Part shown: positions 32,063 to 35,228 of the stretch, in pieces
How the letters are laid out: each line of letters begins with the position of its first letter
Position numbering within the stretch: position 1 is the first letter of the stretch
Source: Thelocarpon superellum
Taxonomy: Eukaryota
Assembly (NCBI GenBank): GCA_026025795.1
Contig: JAPEUG010000162.1
Coordinates: 1 to 35,228 of the forward strand
DNA length: 35,228 nt
Reading direction: 5' to 3'
Notes under the pieces: generated by a model
What the model saw: only the letters and a program-made list of their open reading frames with translations
Told to the model about the DNA's origin: nothing
The model's database searches: none
Program-made: the position numbers and the translations under genes

Positions 32063-34752
32063 ATGAAGTAGTTCGCCGTGCCGTTCGAGTGGATCCGACT
32101 CAGGTGCTAACGGTGTGATGGATCAGATTCGGTCAGCAATTGCGCACGTCGCTCATTCGAGATTACTATGCCTACTACATTGCCTACGACGACCTGAAGA
32201 ACTCCCTCAAGACCCCCTACGTCGTCTCCCCCACCGCCGACCATCCCCGCCCGCCCCGACGAGCCTGGACGGAGGAGGACGAGAAGCGATTCATCGCCGA
32301 CCTGGAAGGCCAGCTCGAAAAGGTGTTTGCCTTTCAGAAGGTCAAGAGCGAGGAGATTGTCCAACGCATCGAGACGTCGGAGAGAGAGGTGCGTGATGTC
32401 GTGTCCAAGCTCGACCAGGGCGGGGCCGACGGGCACGACGAGGACGCAGCAACCAAGCAAGGTCTCCCGACCGACGAGGACTTTCTGCTCCTGGAGGAAG
32501 ATCTCAGCGACATCATCGCCGACGTCCATGACCTGGCCAAATTCACCCAGCTGAACTACACCGGCTTCCAGAAGATCCTCAAGAAGCACGACAAACAGAC
32601 CCCCCACCCGTTGAAGCCTGGCTTCGCTGCCCTGCTGAAAGCCCGGCCCTTCTACAAGGACAACTACGACGCCTTCATCGTCAAGCTCTCGGGTCTCTAC
32701 GACCTCGTACGGACACGCGGAAACCCGACGCGCGGGGACAGTGCGGCGGGCGGGTCGCAACAGAACTTTGTGCGCCAGACCACCAAATACTGGGTGCACA
32801 AGGACAACATCACCGAGCTGAAGCTGATCATCCTTAAGCATCTGCCTGTGCTCGTCTTCAACGCCAGCAAGGAATTCGAAGCCAAGGACTGCGCCATCAC
32901 CTCCATCTACTATGACAACACCGAGACCTGGGACCTCTACGTCGGCCGGCTCAAGAAGACGGAAGGCGCCGAAGCAATCCGGCTCCGGTGGTACGGCGGG
33001 ATGGAGTCGGAGACCATCTTTGTGGAACGCAAGACCCATCGGGAGGATTGGACGGGGGAGAAGTCGGTCAAGGCTCGCTTCGCCCTCAAGGAGAAGAACG
33101 TGAATGCATTTCTGAAGGGCAAGCTGACGGTCGAGAGTGTGTTTGAGAAGACGCGACGGGATGGCAAGAAGAGTGAAAAGGAGATTGGCGACTTGGAGCA
33201 TTTGGCGAGAGAGATCCAGTATAGCGTCATCACCCGGCAACTGAAGCCTGGTGAGCAGATGCGCGTTCGTGGTCCGTTGGGAGAGCATGGCTAATGATGG
33301 CAGTGGCTCGGTCGTTCTACAACCGGACGGCCTTCCAGCTTCCCGGTGATGCTCGGGTGCGGATCTCACTGGATACGGAATTGACGTTGGTGCGGGAGGA
33401 TAATCTTGACGGGCGGAATCGGTGCGGCAAGAACTGGCGACGGATGGACATTGGGATCGATTTCCCCTTCTCACAACTTCCGGCGGAAGACGTGGAACGA
33501 TTTCCATATGCCGTCCTGGAAGTGAAGCTTCAAACGCAGGCGGGACAGGATCCACCGGCGTGGGTGCGAGAATTGACCGCCAGCCACCTGGTAGAGTCGG
33601 TGCCCAAGTTCAGCAAATTCATCCACGGCGTCGCGACACTATTCCCGGACCGGATCTCTCTTCTTCCCTTCTGGATGCCGCAGATGGCTACGGATATCCG
33701 CAAGCCTGTGACCCAAGGCTTTGGAATCGAACGGCCCAACCTGTCGACAGGATACAACACCACGACGGACGACAACCTGGACGATGAATCGGACGATGAT
33801 GACAACGTTGACGTTGCGGTCGTCTCGGGAGGTCGTCATCAGGTACAGTTCAACGACGAGGGAGAAGGAAACGCGAGCATCCAGCGACTGCGGGCGGCGC
33901 GAGATGCCATGGAGCAGCACGACCTCGATCGGCTGGCCGCCTATCCGGCTGACCCCGAGGCGAACGAACTGGATGCCGAAGAGCGAGTGGCGGCAATGCT
34001 CGAATCACATCCAGAAGACTATCCAATCTACGACTCGGAAGACGAAGACGACGATCTGGAGGAGGCTAAGCGTATCGGCGGATGGCACTACCAGTCGAAA
34101 CTGATGAAGAGAGGACTCAAGACGGCGGGTGAGCAGGTCATCACCACGCTCCGGGCCGTGACGACGCCACATCCGACCCCTTTACCGGGGAACGAAACGG
34201 CCACGCATTCATATTCGAAGAAATTCAAAGCCCCACCTGGGAAACGTGAGTCTCCGAGGAGCATGGAGCGGAATGAAAGGACTAATGGGTCGTCATAGGC
34301 ATCTACGTTCCTGTCCGGGTCGAACCCAAGGTCTATTTTGCTGCCGAGCGAACCTTTTTGTCATGGGTACGTTTTTCCTCCTCCTCCTCCTCCTCCTCCT
34401 CCTCCTCCTCCTCCTCCTCCTCCTCCCGTCCTTCTCTTCCCCCAAGTGTCCCTGCTGACTGACATGTGTCGTACAGCTTGAATTCAGCATAATCCTAGGC
34501 AGTATATCCGCGACGTTGCTCAATTTCGGGGACACCATCTCCATCAACTCCGCATGGGGCTTCACGGCCCTAGCTAGCATTGCGCTCCTCTACAGCATGG
34601 CCGTGTACTTGTGGCGCGTGGACAAGATCCGCAAGCGTCGCGCCGTAAGGTACCATGATCGGTATGGTCCTACAGTGCTCTGTCTCGGCTTGCTCGGCGC
34701 TGTGGGGTTGAGCTTCGTCATGAGAGTTGGAAAGGATGGTTGGTTTACCTGA
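32063..34752 (+). CDS. VTC4: Vacuolar transporter chaperone 4 (polyphosphate polymerase; SPX-VTC-TM), 5 exons, ~804 aa
   Basis: Exons 32063-32067, 32127-33250, 33304-34245, 34299-34366 and 34477-34752. SPX domain ([22 protein letters not shown]), VTC domain ([28 protein letters not shown]), TM region ([16 protein letters not shown]). Confidence 0.95.
34376..34426 (+). repeat. (TCC)~17 microsatellite inside VTC4 intron 4
   Basis: Perfect trinucleotide run within the intron at 34367-34476. Confidence 0.95.
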
Positions 34753-34919
34753 GGTGGATTCAGGAGGTGTTTTACCTTGAGATGTGGATTCACGTGGGGA
34801 TGTGGGATTCCAGTTGACGTGCTTGCTGATACACGGTACTGCGACGAACGGGTACGATACCAGACGATACTGTAGGAGTACAAATAGGGAAATCTCAAAC
34901 ATTTCCCTCTCCTCCTTCT

Positions 34920-34922
<3 letters not shown>

Positions 34923-34950
<28 letters not shown>
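34923..34950 (+). repeat. (CT)14 microsatellite between VTC4 and OST1
   Basis: Perfect dinucleotide run read directly. Confidence 0.9.
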
Positions 34951-34955
<5 letters not shown>

Positions 34956-34998
34956 GCGCACACTCACCTCTCGCACATCCCACCAAATATCAAACGAC

Positions 34999-35169
34999 CT
35001 ACTTCCCACCCCTAACCTTCCCCCCCTTGTCCTGAGGAAGAGCACCCTTGGCAGCAATACGGGTATCGACCTGACCCAAAGCCCACGCGGCGATAAAGAG
35101 GCCGATGACGCTGACGAAGATGGTGAGGGGTTTGCGTAGGCCAGACGTCAGGCTGTATTTGTACGTTAC
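34999..35169 (-). CDS. OST1: Last exon of oligosaccharyltransferase alpha subunit (Ost1/ribophorin I); partial, gene continues beyond the window
   Basis: After CTGAC...CAG the frame reads VTYKYSLTSGLRKPLTIFVSVIGLFIAAWALGQVDTRIAAKG...*. This fits the fungal Ost1 C-terminal VTYxY..LRKPL + TM pattern as I recall it. Not in the ORF track. Confidence 0.7.
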   Translation of the reverse strand, partial: VTYKYSLTSGLRKPLTIFVSVIGLFIAAWALGQVDTRIAAKGALPQDKGGKVRGGK

Positions 35170-35228
35170 CTGCCCAAGTTCATCCCTGGTCAGTATCCAT
35201 ATTTTATTCCTCGGATTTTCTCTGGGTC

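Noticed and set aside
32107..33555. 482-aa antisense ORF over VTC4 (similar ones lie over PMR1, PSD, COG4 and MCM4)
   Set aside because: Shadow ORFs caused by strong C/G third-position bias on the sense strand; no motifs.
34246..34986. Poly-Leu, poly-Arg and (ER)n ORFs
   Set aside because: Translations of the TCC and CT microsatellites.

Overview
Gene-dense, GC-rich eukaryotic DNA from a filamentous ascomycete (Pezizomycotina-type short GT-AG introns, mostly 44-90 nt, usually with CTRAC/CTRAY-like branch points). By splicing manually I reconstruct 13 complete genes and one partial gene. In order: hexokinase (+), UTP18 (-), SUA5 (-), cohesin RAD21/SCC1 (-), PMR1 Ca/Mn P-type ATPase (+), an intronless C2-less phosphatidylserine decarboxylase (+), COG4 (-), a Hst2/SIRT2-type sirtuin (+), an aldehyde dehydrogenase (+), an amidase-signature enzyme (-), a CorA-like 2-TM protein (+), MCM4 (+), VTC4 (+), and the last exon of OST1/ribophorin I (-). 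Most of the window is conserved housekeeping content. The part that stands out is a ~6.9 kb intron-rich three-gene block (ALDH / amidase / CorA-like; 24 introns in total) that the ORF track shows only as fragments. Secondary points of interest are a possible non-AUG mitochondrial extension of SUA5, a G-quadruplex-type repeat between convergent genes, and an MCB cluster upstream of MCM4. I saw no transposon, tRNA, rRNA or CRISPR. All gene calls rest on recognised motifs, not on database searches.
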